From NCBI GenBank assembly GCA_965223905.1, contig CBDCXV010000001.1, positions 32,001 to 96,000 on the forward strand: a stretch of DNA of 64,000 nt. Reading direction: 5' to 3'. The position numbers and the translations under genes were made by a program. The notes under the pieces were generated by a model that saw only the letters and a program-made list of their open reading frames with translations, was not told the origin of the DNA and searched no databases. The DNA is from Candidatus Latescibacterota bacterium. Lineage in GTDB: Bacteria; Latescibacterota; UBA2968; UBA8231. Shown in pieces: positions 63,088 through 64,000 of the stretch; positions within the stretch are counted from its first letter, which is position 1, and each line of letters opens with the position of its first letter.

Positions 63088-64000
63088 ATGCAACAACCCA
63101 TTTGGCTCAAGTTCGCCCTCTCATTGGCAGGCTTCCTCTCTGTCGCAGACGCCCAACCCCCGGACCGCATCTATCCTATCGTGGAGTTGACCGACCGCGA
63201 CGTCGCCGAGATCGACGTTACGGACGGTTCCGTCGAGGACTGGGAAAACATCGTCGGGGAGCCCACGCTCACCCCGCTGGACTTCGCGAAAACCCTACTT
63301 AGATCGTACGATCCTTCTGATATGGATTTTCGCATCTGGCTTGGATGGCACGATGCCACTGACCGGATCTTCTTCGCCATGGAGAGGGTCGACGACGTAT
63401 ACGTCAACGACTTCGACCGCAAGGATGAGAGTCTGGGCAATAATATTATGAGTTTGCACGACTCCTCGGTTTCGTTTGCCGTTGACGGAGACCACTCAGG
63501 TGGCGCGGTGTCCCCCGAGGAATCTTCAGAGGATTGGCTGCAGGACGTCCGCCAGGCGCAGGTTTTCCATGCGCTCGGGGAGGTTTTCGACGGGGGCTCC
63601 CAGCTTGGCATCTTCCCCCATTCGATTCATATGGGTGCGGACTGGTTCAGTCAGCCTCCGTTTGCACACGGAAGCGGCGCAGTGGTTGGCGGATCCCCCA
63701 TCTTCTCGGTGACGGAATTCTACGTGACGCCGTTTGACCGCTTTGTATCGACGGGTCCGGAAGACAGTGACGTGTCCGATCTGTTCGGCGGAAAGATCAT
63801 CGGTTTCAACATTCAGGTATACGACGTTGATGATCCTAGGCGCAACCGGGAGACCGTCCACCTGCTAGCAGCCCCCCCATCCCACGATTTTTTTAGGCCT
63901 CTGTTGGCGATGTCAGCAGACGACTTCGCCGACGGGGTTCTGATTACGCCGGATGGCTTGTCATCCGAAGATTCGGCGGTCGAAAGCGATTCCTGGGCCC
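63088..64000 (+). CDS. Secreted hypothetical protein (runs off window), paralog of 43655-44340
   Basis: AGGAGG RBS, signal peptide MQQPIWLKFALSLAGFLSVADA, IYPIVELTD...DGSVEDW...GEPTLTPLDF...DFRIWLGWH; ends ...EDSAVESDSWA at the window edge. Absent from the ORF track. Confidence 0.85.
   Translation, partial: MQQPIWLKFALSLAGFLSVADAQPPDRIYPIVELTDRDVAEIDVTDGSVEDWENIVGEPTLTPLDFAKTLLRSYDPSDMDFRIWLGWHDATDRIFFAMERVDDVYVNDFDRKDESLGNNIMSLHDSSVSFAVDGDHSGGAVSPEESSEDWLQDVRQAQVFHALGEVFDGGSQLGIFPHSIHMGADWFSQPPFAHGSGAVVGGSPIFSVTEFYVTPFDRFVSTGPEDSDVSDLFGGKIIGFNIQVYDVDDPRRNRETVHLLAAPPSHDFFRPLLAMSADDFADGVLITPDGLSSEDSAVESDSWA

Overview
High-GC bacterial chromosome segment. The gene mix (PhyH dioxygenase, BNR sialidase, ankyrin and TIR genes, a paralogous secreted family ending in ...SAVESDSWA(R)) suggests an FCB-group or Latescibacterota-like, possibly host-associated organism; this is inference only. 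The left ~28 kb is accessory and defence-rich: the 3' end of a probable Ec67-type retron RT-TOPRIM gene overlapped by a 5' group II intron remnant, two TIR-domain genes (one frameshifted), an SPPY-type DNA methyltransferase next to a broken endonuclease, two VapBC modules, crcB, a decayed truncated-globin/ankyrin fusion and several small gene remnants. The right part is mostly metabolic or housekeeping: CocE hydrolase, mtnP, a Rad3/DinG helicase, DAHP synthase, prs, a Gld-type ABC system, and gltB-gltD (split by an inserted nuclease gene) with a divergent Lrp/AsnC-type regulator. The most notable observation is missed by the ORF track: two ORFs on the minus strand (23185->22520) join through two in-frame TGA codons into one 221-aa signal-peptide-bearing, probable beta-barrel protein with a U-V-G-U-P (UxxU) motif and a SECIS-like hairpin. 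It lies directly upstream of an exported YHS-TlpA thioredoxin, making it a candidate di-selenocysteine envelope redox module. No rRNA, tRNA or CRISPR array was recognised. All family calls come from motif recognition by eye, not database searches.
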